The notes beneath the pieces were generated by a model. That model searched no databases. It was given only the letters and a program-made list of their open reading frames with translations, and was not told where the DNA came from. The position numbers and the translations under genes were made by a program. Shown piece after piece: positions 24,310 through 34,456 of a stretch of DNA of 64,000 nt. The stretch comes from an uncultured cyanobacterium (GTDB lineage: Bacteria; Cyanobacteriota; Cyanobacteriia; Phormidesmidales; Phormidesmidaceae): positions 1,024,001-1,088,000 of the forward strand of contig CAWBZI010000006.1 of the NCBI GenBank assembly GCA_963793265.1, read 5' to 3'. Position 1 is the first letter of the stretch; every line of letters begins with the position of its first letter.

Positions 24310-24471
24310 ATTTCTTTAGTTAAGCGAGGTTTTGAAGCGTTCGGCACAAGCTGCTCTCTTCAAGTCCTCTCTTTTATGTGAGAAAGTTTGAGACTTCGTT
24401 TTTAAGCTTTCTCTTTTTTGAGAATTTTAAGAGATGGGCTGTTTAACGATCAGCGAGATTGAGAGAAGACC

Positions 24472-24960
24472 ATGTGGACGGGACTGACATTACTAGCTGT
24501 TGAGGCTGTTGAAGCGACTGAAGAAGCGGGCGGGTTATTTGACCTGGACGCGACTCTTCCTTTAATGGCAATTCAGTTTTTGATTTTGATGGCTGTGCTT
24601 AACGCCATTTTTTATAAGCCTTTGGGTGCAGCTATCGACGAGCGCGATGCCTACGTACGACAGGCTAAAGGAAATGCGCAGGAGCGCTTGGCTAAAGCTG
24701 AAAAGCTAGCGGCTGAGTACGAACAGTCTTTAGCAGATACGCGCCGGAGTGCTCGCAGTGTGATTGAGAAGGCCCAGGCCGAAGCTCAGCAGATTGCTTC
24801 AGCGAATCAGGCACAGGCTCAGCAAGAGGCGACGGCTCAAAGAGAGTCGGTGCAAAAGGAATTAGACGAGCAGAAAGCAACGGCCCTTGGTCAGTTGGAG
24901 AAGCAAGTCGATTCGTTGAGCGATCAGATTTTGAATAAGCTGTTGGGTTCAGCAGCGTAG
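24472..24960 (+). CDS. atpF2: F0 subunit b'
   Basis: [22 protein letters not shown]. Confidence 0.95.
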   Translation: MWTGLTLLAVEAVEATEEAGGLFDLDATLPLMAIQFLILMAVLNAIFYKPLGAAIDERDAYVRQAKGNAQERLAKAEKLAAEYEQSLADTRRSARSVIEKAQAEAQQIASANQAQAQQEATAQRESVQKELDEQKATALGQLEKQVDSLSDQILNKLLGSAA

Positions 24961-25021
24961 CGGTCAAAGCAAGCAGCAAGACCGAAAAAAGACCAGAGAC
25001 GAAGCAGTATAGGTATCGAAA

Positions 25022-25546
25022 GTGTTAACGGAAGCGGTGGGGCTGCTGGCCTCTGAAACGAAAGGGTTTGGGTTGAATTTCGACATCCTCGAAACCAATC
25101 TCATCAACCTAGTCATTATTATTGGCGTCCTTTTCTACTTTGGCCGGGGCTTTTTGGGTGACAAACTCAAAGACCGTCGCGAGGCGATTGAGAAGGCAAT
25201 TACAGACGCAGAGGCTAGGCAGAAGAAAGCTTCTGCGGGCCTAGCTGAGCAGCAGCAAAAGCTGCAAATGGCTAAGAAAGAAGCTGAACGCATCAAGGCA
25301 GAAGCGCAGAAAAACGCTGAAAGCGCACGTGAGGCTGTGATGGCTCAGTCTGCTAAAGACATTGAAAGGCTGAAGGCGTCGGCGGCTCAAGATCTTTCTT
25401 CTCAGCAGGAAAAGGTTATGCAGGATTTGCGCAAGCGGGTTTCGGCAATGGCCCTGGATAAGGTGCGATCGCGTCTTCCTGAAGCGCTAAATGACGGTGT
25501 ACAGACCAAGCTCGTTGACCAAAGCATTTCCCAGTTAGGAGCCTAA
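25022..25546 (+). CDS. atpF: F0 subunit b
   Basis: FGLNFDILETNLINL; operon position. Confidence 0.96.
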   Translation: MLTEAVGLLASETKGFGLNFDILETNLINLVIIIGVLFYFGRGFLGDKLKDRREAIEKAITDAEARQKKASAGLAEQQQKLQMAKKEAERIKAEAQKNAESAREAVMAQSAKDIERLKASAAQDLSSQQEKVMQDLRKRVSAMALDKVRSRLPEALNDGVQTKLVDQSISQLGA

Positions 25547-25551
25547 CCCTT

Positions 25552-26100
25552 ATGAGTATTGCAACTTCCGAGGTTTCTGCACCCTACGCGCAGGCGCTGC
25601 TTTCTATCGCCCAGTCAAAAGATTCTGTGGACGAGCTGAGCCAAACCGCAGGCGAGCTGCTGAATCTTTTGAAAGAGTCAGACGAACTCTCTGCATTTCT
25701 TGCCAATCCCATCACTGATAAGGACGCTAAAAAAGGCGTCCTGAATAAGGTGTTGGGAGAGGGCGCTAACGTGCAGATGAAGAACTTTCTGATGCTGCTA
25801 GTAGACAAAGGTCGCATCTATTTGGTGATGCCCATCCTGCAAGAGTTTCAGTCGAGAGTCCGCGAGCTAAAGCAAACGGTCTTAGCTGAAGTGATATCAG
25901 CCGTTGAGCTGACAGATGAGCAGAAAGATACGGTGCGTCAGAAAGTGCAGCAGATGACAGAGGCCAAATCAGTTGAGCTAGAAACTCGAATTGACCCCGA
26001 ACTCATCGGCGGCGTGATCATTCAAATTGGCTCGCAGGTATTAGATGCCAGCATACGCGGCCAGCTTCGCCGCATCAGTTTGCAGCTAGGTGCGTCTTAA
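25552..26100 (+). CDS. atpH: F1 subunit delta
   Basis: PYAQAL, NFL.LLVDKGRI, IDPELIGG, DASIRGQL. Confidence 0.96.
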   Translation: MSIATSEVSAPYAQALLSIAQSKDSVDELSQTAGELLNLLKESDELSAFLANPITDKDAKKGVLNKVLGEGANVQMKNFLMLLVDKGRIYLVMPILQEFQSRVRELKQTVLAEVISAVELTDEQKDTVRQKVQQMTEAKSVELETRIDPELIGGVIIQIGSQVLDASIRGQLRRISLQLGAS

Positions 26101-26202
26101 TTACGTCATTAGCGCACGTCATCAGACAAAACGCTAGCGCCTCAGACGAACCCCACCCCAGTTTTAAGTACACAATCGGTAGTTATTAGAGCGATTCCTA
26201 AT

Positions 26203-27717
26203 ATGGTAAGCATCAAACCGGACGAAATTAGCAGCATTATTCAGCAGCAGATAGAAGAGTACGACCAGAGCGTAAAAGCCGATAGCGTCGGGACTGTTCT
26301 ACAAATTGGTGACGGGATTGCCCGCATCTATGGCCTCGATAACACCATGGCCGGTGAGCTGCTCGAGTTTGAAGACGGCACTGCGGGCATTGCCCTCAAT
26401 CTTGAAGAGGATAACGTTGGCGCGGTACTGATGGGTACTGGCCGCAAAATTCAGGAAGGCAGCACGGTAAAATCTACCGGCAAAATTGCCTCTGTTCCTG
26501 TGGGCGATGCGATGCTTGGCCGCGTGGTCAATACGCTCGGTGAGCCAATCGATGGTAAAGGCGATATCAACACGAGCGAGTCTCGCCTGATTGAGTCTCC
26601 TGCCCCTGGCATTATTGGCCGTAAGTCAGTTTATGAGCCTTTGCAGACGGGGATTACTGCGATTGACGCGATGATTCCTGTTGGTCGTGGTCAGCGTGAG
26701 CTGATTATTGGTGACAGGCAGACGGGTAAGACTGCGATCGCTATCGACACCATTCTTAACCAGGCAGACCAGGACGTAGTTTGCGTCTATGTCGCCATCG
26801 GTCAAAAAGCCTCTTCTGTAGCTCAAGTTATCGGTGTACTCGAAGAGCGCGGCGCAATGGACTACACCGTTGTGGTTGCTGCAAACGCAAACGACCCTGC
26901 GGCGTTGCAGTACCTAGCTCCTTATACAGGTGCTTCGATCGCTGAGTACTTCATGTACAAAGGCAAAGCCACTTTGATCATCTACGATGACTTGACCAAG
27001 CAGGCTCAGGCTTATCGTCAAATGTCGCTACTGCTCAAGCGTCCACCCGGTCGTGAAGCATATCCTGGCGACGTGTTCTATCTCCACTCACGTTTGCTAG
27101 AGCGCGCTGCTAAGCTCAGTCCTGAACTTGGCGAAGGCAGCATGACGGCACTGCCAATTATCGAAACCCAAGCGGGTGACGTATCGGCATACATTCCAAC
27201 CAACGTAATTTCGATTACTGACGGTCAAATCTTCCTATCTTCTGACCTGTTCAACTCCGGCTTGCGCCCTGCAATTAACGCGGGTATTTCGGTGTCCCGA
27301 GTCGGATCGGCTGCGCAGACTAAGGCAATCAAAAAAGTTGCCGGTAAAGTGAAGCTTGAGCTAGCTCAGTTTGACGAGCTGCAAGCCTTTGCCCAGTTTG
27401 CCTCTGACCTTGATCCGGCGACTCAGGCCCAGCTTGCTCGCGGTCAACGCTTGCGTGAAATCTTGAAGCAAAAGCAGTATTCTCCTCGCTCTTTGCCTGA
27501 GCAGGTAGCCGTTATCTACGCGGGTATTAACGGTAAGCTCGACGAGATTCCGGTTGAGAAAGTCGCTGACTATGTTGAAGAGCTAATTGGCTATATCAAC
27601 ACCAGCAAGAAGGCTTTTGTGGATGAAATCATGAGCACTAAGAAGCTGACTGACGACGCAATTAAGCTGTTGGAAGAAGCCATTAGCGAAAGCAAGCAAG
27701 CATTCTTGGCAGCGTAG
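26203..27717 (+). CDS. atpA: F1 subunit alpha
   Basis: [30 protein letters not shown]. Confidence 0.99.
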   Translation: MVSIKPDEISSIIQQQIEEYDQSVKADSVGTVLQIGDGIARIYGLDNTMAGELLEFEDGTAGIALNLEEDNVGAVLMGTGRKIQEGSTVKSTGKIASVPVGDAMLGRVVNTLGEPIDGKGDINTSESRLIESPAPGIIGRKSVYEPLQTGITAIDAMIPVGRGQRELIIGDRQTGKTAIAIDTILNQADQDVVCVYVAIGQKASSVAQVIGVLEERGAMDYTVVVAANANDPAALQYLAPYTGASIAEYFMYKGKATLIIYDDLTKQAQAYRQMSLLLKRPPGREAYPGDVFYLHSRLLERAAKLSPELGEGSMTALPIIETQAGDVSAYIPTNVISITDGQIFLSSDLFNSGLRPAINAGISVSRVGSAAQTKAIKKVAGKVKLELAQFDELQAFAQFASDLDPATQAQLARGQRLREILKQKQYSPRSLPEQVAVIYAGINGKLDEIPVEKVADYVEELIGYINTSKKAFVDEIMSTKKLTDDAIKLLEEAISESKQAFLAA

Positions 27718-27781
27718 GGAGACGCGAATAAGGCCGTTAGTTCAGTTTTTTCTGGATTAGCGGCCTAAAGTAATAACGATT

Positions 27782-28735
27782 ATGGCTAATTTAAAACTGA
27801 TTCGCGATCGCATTAAGTCGGTCAAAAACACGCGCAAAATCACCGAAGCAATGCGTCTGGTGGCCGCTGCGAAAGTGCGCCGCGCCCAGGCTCAGGTAAA
27901 CGCAACTCGACCCTTTGCCGACAGACTAGCTCAGGTGCTATACGGTTTACAGAGCAGGTTGAAGTTTGAAGACACGTCTGATTTGCCTTTGTTGCAGCAG
28001 CGTGAGGCTGAGAAAGTTGCCTTATTGGTAATTTCGGGTGATCGCGGTCTGTGCGGTGGCTACAACTCTAACGTCATTCGCCGCGCTGAAAACCGTGCCA
28101 AAGAGCTAACTAAAGAAGGCATTGAGTACACCTATGTGCTGGTAGGCCGCAAGGCTATTCAATACTTCGAGCGTCGTGAAGCGCCTATCTCTGCCAAGTA
28201 CACTGGCCTAGAGCAAATCCCGACCTCTGAAGAAGCTGCGGGTATTTCTGACGAACTGCTCACCCTGTTCCTCTCAGAAACCGTAGACCGCGTAGAGCTG
28301 GTTTACACCAAGTTTCTTTCTTTGGTCAGCAACAAGCCCGTCACTCAAACGCTTTTGCCACTAGACCCACAGGGTTTAGAAGCTCAAGATGACGAGATTT
28401 TCCGACTTACCAGCCGTGACGGACGCCTCGCCGTGGAGCGTTCAGACGCGCCTGATGCTGAAATGAGCGAATTTCCGAAGGACATGCTTTTTGAGCAAAA
28501 CCCTTCTCAAATTTTGGACGCGCTACTGCCCCTGTATCTCAATAATCAAATTTTGAGAGCCATGCAGGAATCAGCAGCAAGCGAGCTAGCCTCACGAATG
28601 ACGGCGATGAACAGCGCCAGTGAGAACGCAAAGGAACTGATGAAGTCTTTAACGCTTTCTTACAACAAAGCTCGCCAAGCCGCGATTACTCAGGAAATCC
28701 TGGAAGTTGTGGGTGGTGCGGCCGCGTTAGGCTAA
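27782..28735 (+). CDS. atpG: F1 subunit gamma (cyanobacterial atpC)
   Basis: [35 protein letters not shown]. Confidence 0.98.
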   Translation: MANLKLIRDRIKSVKNTRKITEAMRLVAAAKVRRAQAQVNATRPFADRLAQVLYGLQSRLKFEDTSDLPLLQQREAEKVALLVISGDRGLCGGYNSNVIRRAENRAKELTKEGIEYTYVLVGRKAIQYFERREAPISAKYTGLEQIPTSEEAAGISDELLTLFLSETVDRVELVYTKFLSLVSNKPVTQTLLPLDPQGLEAQDDEIFRLTSRDGRLAVERSDAPDAEMSEFPKDMLFEQNPSQILDALLPLYLNNQILRAMQESAASELASRMTAMNSASENAKELMKSLTLSYNKARQAAITQEILEVVGGAAALG

Positions 28736-28758
28736 CCAACTTTCATAGTTCGACGACT

Positions 28759-28784
28759 AAGCAGGGTTTCGACCCTGCTTTTTT
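28759..28784 (+). terminator. Intrinsic terminator of the atp operon
   Basis: AAGCAGGGT-TTCG-ACCCTGCTT followed by a T run. Confidence 0.85.
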
Positions 28785-28967
28785 ATTGCTAAATCGCAGA
28801 ACCCTTTGCGCGATACCTTTAGAGCACCGGGCTTCAATCTTCAGAAGTACCACGAGCGAAAGCACGATGACGACTGGGAAATTCGTGTAAGTGGTAACTG
28901 GAGAATGCTTTTTAGATGGAACGGGGCCGACATCTCTGAGGTTGAATACACTGATAAAACCCACTAA
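28785..28967 (+). pseudogene. higB: 5'-truncated HigB (RelE/ParE-type) toxin remnant
   Basis: Hand translation: ...RDTFRAPGFNLQKYHERKHDDDWEIRVSGNWRMLFRWNGADISEVEYTDKTH*, like the HigB C-half (W.IRV.GNWR..F.W ... Y..H); in-frame stop at 28758 and no N-terminal half; directly upstream of higA. Confidence 0.75.
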
Positions 28968-28988
28968 CGACTACCTAATACAAAAATT

Positions 28989-29294
28989 ATGACTGATAGC
29001 TCTGAACTTATTAGTGCCGCTGAGATCATTGCTGAAGACTATATGGAACCGCTTGGTCTTAGTGGTGCTGCTTTAGCAAAGCGGATTGGCGTAGCGCCGA
29101 GTACTATTAACCGTATGCTCAGCGGTTCTAGCAGTCTTACTGCTGAGCTGGCAGTCAAAATTTGTGCTGTTATCGGCGGCAGTCCTGCCGTTTTGATGCG
29201 TATCGAAGCTGCGTACCGTTTAGCTTTAGCAGAGGCGAGTGTAGATTTGACTAAGTTGGAACGTATTGAATCTCGTGAGCAATTAACTGCCTAG
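28989..29294 (+). CDS. higA: HigA-family antitoxin (XRE HTH)
   Basis: EII.EDYMEPLGLS...LA..IGV..STINR...G...LTAELA. Confidence 0.85.
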   Translation: MTDSSELISAAEIIAEDYMEPLGLSGAALAKRIGVAPSTINRMLSGSSSLTAELAVKICAVIGGSPAVLMRIEAAYRLALAEASVDLTKLERIESREQLTA

Positions 29295-29304
29295 TTTTTC
29301 TATA

Positions 29305-29805
29305 TCAATCATATGTTTGGCACCTTTTCACGAGTTGCACATTCGCGATATGGCGATCGCAATCCAAATCCATTTTCACCGCTACAGCCTTCACCTGCTC
29401 AACATAGCTTTGTGGAAAATCTAGCTTCTCGCACCCTACAACGACCAAATCTCTATACCAAGAAAACGGCACTAAAGCGTCGTCAATGTGCGTAGCTGCT
29501 GCGATATAAGTAATACTTTTGCCAAATCCATCAACGTCTATCAGGGCTCTGTCGTATCCAGAACCCGCGCCTTCATGCCGATCGAGTAAGGTCATCTCGG
29601 CTAATGGAATATTATAGACGGCAACGTAGATGCGATCGCCTTTCCGGCGAACAATATTGCATTTACCCGAAAAATCCGTGTAGCCGCGCTTATGAAAACG
29701 CAATGACATATCATTGATCATCGCCGTGCCCAAAAGCCGAGCTGTCGGCGTCCTTTGCTGCATACGAACCGGATGAAGATTAGAGCCATAGGCGGCATAA
29801 AGCAT
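29305..29805 (-). CDS. Gamma-glutamylcyclotransferase family protein
   Basis: MLYAAYGSNL N-terminal motif, LDRHEG...Y; start trimmed to 29805. Confidence 0.85.
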   Translation of the reverse strand: MLYAAYGSNLHPVRMQQRTPTARLLGTAMINDMSLRFHKRGYTDFSGKCNIVRRKGDRIYVAVYNIPLAEMTLLDRHEGAGSGYDRALIDVDGFGKSITYIAAATHIDDALVPFSWYRDLVVVGCEKLDFPQSYVEQVKAVAVKMDLDCDRHIANVQLVKRCQTYD

Positions 29806-29824
29806 AATCGTCAGAGGTAGAAGA

Positions 29825-31294
29825 ATGAGAGACTTCAGTAGGAAGCTGGTTGCATTATCAACGCTAGGTTTGGTTTGGGGCTGTGCGGAGCCGCTGACTA
29901 GAGAACTATCAGCTCCCAATAAGTTAGATGCCAGCACTCAGAAAGCTGTAGAACCGCCACCTTTTGATGGCAATAGCTTAACGGTTCCACTAAGCCTACC
30001 GGCTGAGTTTACGGGTAAGGGGGGTCTGATTGCAGCGGATGTCACTGGCTCTGGTCAGATGGAAATTGTCATTACGCAGCCTAACTATATTGCGGCTTAT
30101 AGCCCAGTAGATGGGAAGCTATGGGAACAAACGGTCAACATTTGGCTAAGCGATAATGCTAACGGTGAAGGGTTACCAGGGCCTAACGGGCCAGGCATTC
30201 AGGCAGGCGATATCGATAATGACGGGGTTGTCGAAATTCTTTATATCACGCCAGAAAACAAACTCGAAGTTTTATCAGGCAAGTCAGGTGAGCTGAAGTA
30301 TCAGGTGGAATTGCCAAGGGTTGATTCAGCTTTTGGCCGCTGGGAACAGGCCGTGATTGCTAGTTTTTCGGGCGCAGGCGATCGCGATCTGTTACTTCAG
30401 GCGAGCCAAGCGACCGATAGAGAAGATTATTTTCGCGACAATATTCAGGCCGCATTTAAGATAGAAGATCTGTTATCGACAGGGGCAGCTACTGATGCTA
30501 TGTGGCGAAACAACAGCTTTGTTTCGCTCGCTCACGGCGCAGCTAAAGTGGCTGATATTAATGGTGACGGTAGAGATGAAGTGATAGGAGCAACCATTCT
30601 AGGCGCGGACGGGCGAGAGCGGCACCGAGTTGATATTGAAAATACGGCCTATCCTCATATTGATTCGATTGCGATAGGAGATATCGTGCCTGATAGAGCT
30701 GGGCTAGAAGTGGTGATTCCTGAAGAGAACCGCAACAAGCGCATTTTTTTGTTTGATGAGAAGGAGACAATCTGGGTATCGCTGCACCGTCAAACCTCGC
30801 CTGATGACGATGGCGATAAGGTGGCTATTGGAGATTTTGACCCTGAGAGTCCTGGGTTAGAAATGTGGTTTAGAGGAAATGACTCCGCGCACTTTACAGT
30901 GCTTGATGCTGAGGGCGAAGTGATTGCAGACTATGCTTTTAGCGATCGCAAACCTGAAAACTGGACAGAGAAGGGGTTTGAAATTATCCACCGGATTCGC
31001 TGGAGCGGCGAGGCAAAAGACTATATTGCGGCTAAAGAGCGCCACGAAGCAGGCGATATTGGCATATTTGATGCCATCACAGGCGATATTGTTGTCCAAC
31101 TGCCCGCCCGCGCACAGCGTTTGTATGTGGCAGATATTTTAGGAGACTGGCGCGAGGAGATTGTTGTTTTAGAAAACAATCAAATGAGAATATACGAAAA
31201 TACTCAGCCCAATCCGAATCCCGATCGTCCTCGCTTATGGGAACAGGCACACTACCGTCGTCAAAAAATGACTTGGGATTACTACAGTCCTTAG
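29825..31294 (+). CDS. Putative lipoprotein, beta-propeller resembling PL11 rhamnogalacturonan lyase / FG-GAP proteins
   Basis: Signal ending in imperfect lipobox VWGC; DIDNDG, DINGDGRDE, GDIVPDRAGLEV, GDFDPESPGLE, ADILGDWREE. Confidence 0.7.
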   Translation: MRDFSRKLVALSTLGLVWGCAEPLTRELSAPNKLDASTQKAVEPPPFDGNSLTVPLSLPAEFTGKGGLIAADVTGSGQMEIVITQPNYIAAYSPVDGKLWEQTVNIWLSDNANGEGLPGPNGPGIQAGDIDNDGVVEILYITPENKLEVLSGKSGELKYQVELPRVDSAFGRWEQAVIASFSGAGDRDLLLQASQATDREDYFRDNIQAAFKIEDLLSTGAATDAMWRNNSFVSLAHGAAKVADINGDGRDEVIGATILGADGRERHRVDIENTAYPHIDSIAIGDIVPDRAGLEVVIPEENRNKRIFLFDEKETIWVSLHRQTSPDDDGDKVAIGDFDPESPGLEMWFRGNDSAHFTVLDAEGEVIADYAFSDRKPENWTEKGFEIIHRIRWSGEAKDYIAAKERHEAGDIGIFDAITGDIVVQLPARAQRLYVADILGDWREEIVVLENNQMRIYENTQPNPNPDRPRLWEQAHYRRQKMTWDYYSP

Positions 31295-31315
31295 TTTTGC
31301 AAGCCAGCCTGAAAG

Positions 31316-32239
31316 TTAGTCGAGAAATGAGCTATCGGTGCTTTTATCTTGTAAAACGCTGTAGATATCGATTTCTAATGAGATTTGGTAGATGTCGCGT
31401 TTAGACAGATCTGTGCGCTGAGCGAGCTGCCGACTTGCCTCGGAACGAGAGAGTCCTTGGGCTATTAAGTTTTGAAGTTCAGTGACGATTTCGGCTTCAG
31501 TTAAAGGCGTTTGCGTTTGGGGAGTAGGAGCGACCACAACTGTAAATTCCCCTTTAGGCACCACCTTCTCATAGTGCACCAGCGCTTCTGCTATCGTCCC
31601 ACGCCAAAACTCCTCATACCGCTTAGTCAGCTCCCTTGCTAGTGCTACCGGGCGATCGTCTCCCAAAACTTCGCCTAAATCAGTGAGCGTTTTGACAATT
31701 CGATGTGGGCTCTCGTAAAGAATAGCGGTACGAGGTTCTGCTTTAAGCGCCTCTATTTGAGCCTTGCGAGCTTTGCCTTTTACCGGCAAGAAGCCTTCAA
31801 AAACAAAGCGATCACTCGGTAATCCCGCTGCTGCGATCGCCGCAATCACCGCCGTTGGCCCAGGAATAGGAACCACCGTGACATTGGCCTCAATGCAGGC
31901 GCAGACCAGTTCGTAGCCAGGATCAGAAATGCCAGGCATTCCCGCATCGGTGACTAGCGCGATCGCTTCCCCTCGTATTAACCGCGCAATAAGCTGCGGG
32001 ATTCGCTGCTGCCGGTTGTGATCGTGATAGCTAATCTGCGGTGTTGTAATCTGAAAATGTTGCAGCAGCTTTCCGGTATGGCGCGTGTCTTCAGCCGCGA
32101 TGATGTCCGCGCTCTTGAGCACCCGAACAGCCCGAAAGGTCATATCTTCTAAATTGCCAATCGGGGTGCCCACTAAGTAAAGTGTGCCGGGGTCAAGAGT
32201 GCGGCTATCGGCGCTATCGGCGGGCTCAAAATCTGTCAC
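31316..32239 (-). CDS. rsmI: 16S rRNA (C1402-2'-O)-methyltransferase
   Basis: LYLVGTPIGNLEDMTFRA, AEDTR, DAGMPGISDPG, YESPHR, ARELTK. Confidence 0.97.
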   Translation of the reverse strand: MTDFEPADSADSRTLDPGTLYLVGTPIGNLEDMTFRAVRVLKSADIIAAEDTRHTGKLLQHFQITTPQISYHDHNRQQRIPQLIARLIRGEAIALVTDAGMPGISDPGYELVCACIEANVTVVPIPGPTAVIAAIAAAGLPSDRFVFEGFLPVKGKARKAQIEALKAEPRTAILYESPHRIVKTLTDLGEVLGDDRPVALARELTKRYEEFWRGTIAEALVHYEKVVPKGEFTVVVAPTPQTQTPLTEAEIVTELQNLIAQGLSRSEASRQLAQRTDLSKRDIYQISLEIDIYSVLQDKSTDSSFLD

Positions 32240-32318
32240 AAAGTAGGGCCAAAATAAGCTTTATAGTGATCCTACCGCAGCGTAGCGACTCTCAATATTT
32301 CATAGGAGCCCAGACCAG

Positions 32319-33248
32319 ATGGCGAATAAGCGAGGACTCTTTGTCGGCATGACAACCCTTGACTGCCTTTATCAGGCTGAGCGATCGCCCGCCGCTGATG
32401 AAAAAATCGTAGCCACCAAAAGTCTTTTAGTCTCAGGCGGGCCTGCAACCAATGCGGCAGTCGCCTTCGCTCAGCTCGGCGGTTCACAAGGAAATGACGC
32501 CGTTCTACTCTCTGTATTAGGCGAACATCCGCTCACAGCGTTGCTTAAAGAAGATTTGCAAGAGTACGGGGTTACCATCGCAGATCTCAATCCCGAACGG
32601 CTATCGCCGCCGCCAGTATCTTCGATTGTCGTGACGCAAGCGACCGGAGAGCGGGCAGTGGTCGCAACGAATGCGGTGGATCTGCAAGTAGAGTCAGATG
32701 AGATGTTATCTACTATTTCTATCGATATTTTGGCTGATGCAAATGTCGTATTAATTGACGGGCATCAGATGGCGGTGGGGAGGCAAGTCGCGCAGTGGGC
32801 AAAGGCAAAACAAATTCCAGTGGTGGTAGATGCCGGAAGCTGGAAGCCTGATTTTGAGACGGTGCTAGGGCTAGCAGATGTGGTTGTGGCATCTGCAAAC
32901 TTTTTCCCGCCGGGCTGTGCGAATGCCGATGAAGTCTTTGCCTATCTAGAAGGGTTAGGCGTCGCGCAGATAGCCATTACGCAGGGGGCAGATCCGATTC
33001 TATTTTGGGAGGGCGGTGAGCTAGGCAAAATCGAGGTGCCTAAAATTCGAGCGGTGGATACGCTGGGAGCTGGTGATATTTTTCATGGGGCGTTTTGTCA
33101 CTTTTATGTAAGCCATCTGTTTGAAGAAACGCTGCTAAAGGCTAGTCGAAGCGCATCTTTTGCCTGTCAGTATTGGGGCACGCGCGACTGGACAAAAATT
33201 TATCGAATGACCGATGAGGATGAAGCCGATGAAACGATAGAGGGCTAG
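32319..33248 (+). CDS. PfkB family carbohydrate kinase
   Basis: GGPATNAAVA, DAGSWK, VDTLGAGDIFHG. Confidence 0.92.
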   Translation: MANKRGLFVGMTTLDCLYQAERSPAADEKIVATKSLLVSGGPATNAAVAFAQLGGSQGNDAVLLSVLGEHPLTALLKEDLQEYGVTIADLNPERLSPPPVSSIVVTQATGERAVVATNAVDLQVESDEMLSTISIDILADANVVLIDGHQMAVGRQVAQWAKAKQIPVVVDAGSWKPDFETVLGLADVVVASANFFPPGCANADEVFAYLEGLGVAQIAITQGADPILFWEGGELGKIEVPKIRAVDTLGAGDIFHGAFCHFYVSHLFEETLLKASRSASFACQYWGTRDWTKIYRMTDEDEADETIEG

Positions 33249-33388
33249 CGTCCTGAATTAAGTGGACTTGACCGGTAGACTAAGAAAGTTTGATATGACC
33301 TGCCTAGATGGGCAGTCTATCGTGGAGTGTGCTCCATTAAGGCATTCAATTAAAGCGTTTAATTTGTATCGTTAGGGTTAGAGTTTTT

Positions 33389-34364
33389 ATGGCGTTTGAG
33401 AAGGAAAAAGAAGTGGCGATCGCGGCAGCTATCAATGCGGCCACCATCTGCGAGCAAGTGCGCAAAACCATGGTGCCAGAAGCGATTGAAAAAAAGGACA
33501 AAAGCCCGGTAACGGTCGCTGACTTCGGCGCTCAAGCAGTGGTGTGCAAATCACTTGCAGAAGCCTTTCCAAACGATCCGGTCGTCGGTGAAGAAGACGC
33601 AGGCGAGCTAAAAACGCCCGAAATGGCCGCCCGATTGCAGCAGGTGACAGACTACGTAAAGCAGGTCGCACCCGATGCAACCCCAGAGCTTGTAACGAAA
33701 TGGATCGATCATGGTAACGGCAAGGTCGCTAGCCGGTATTGGACACTCGATCCGATTGATGGTACCAAAGGCTTTTTGCGCAAAGACCAGTACGCCGTGG
33801 CTTTAGCGATGGTTGCTGATGGCGAAATTAAAGTAGGCGTGTTGGCCTGTCCGGCGCTAACGCTTGAGCTAAAAAGTGGCGCGGTCACCGGCATTTTGTT
33901 TGTCGCGGTGCGCGGTGAAGGCGCGACAATGCAGGCGATTGACGGCGGTAGACCAGCAGGCAATTAAGGTAACTAGCTCTAGTGATACCGAGCACTTCCG
34001 CTTTGTTGAGAGCGTAGAGTCTGGGCATGGCGACCAAAGTTTGCAAAGTGCGATCGCTCAGGCCGCAGGCGTCACCACCGAATCAATGCGAATGGACTCT
34101 CAGGCCAAATACGGCGCAGTCGCCTCAGGCAACGCCGTTCTATATTTGCGCCTGCCCTCTCCCAAGTATCCCGGCTACCAGGAGAAAATCTGGGATCATG
34201 CAGCAGGCGTGATTGTTGTAGAAGAAGCCGGGGGCCGAGTAACCGATATGCACGGCAAAACCTTGGACTTTTCTAAAGCCGATCGGCTAGAAACAACAGG
34301 CGTTGTCGTCAGCAACGGCGAAATTCATAACAAGGTTCTAGCGGCACTTAGCAAGGAGGGCTAA
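33389..34364 (+). pseudogene. 3'(2'),5'-bisphosphate nucleotidase (HAL2/SAL1-like), split by a +1 frameshift
   Basis: N-part KSPVTVADF, GEED, WTLDPIDGTKGF; C-part MDSQAKYG, EKIWDHAAG..VVEEAGG in the +1 frame; junction about 33941-33960. Confidence 0.85.
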
Positions 34365-34456
34365 GCGTAGTTCCCAGGAGCTAAGTCTGTGGCGTTAAAG
34401 ATTTTGCTCCCTCACTATCTACCGGCTTGTGACTTGCTGACTTGCCGCGCGCCGAC

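Noticed and set aside
28743..28964. 73-aa minus-strand ORF after atp gamma
   Set aside because: Antisense shadow of the higB remnant, which has recognisable motifs on the plus strand
29806..29937. N-terminal extension of the GGCT ORF overlapping the lipoprotein gene
   Set aside because: The family motif YAAYGSNL normally sits at the extreme N-terminus, so the ATG at 29805 is preferred
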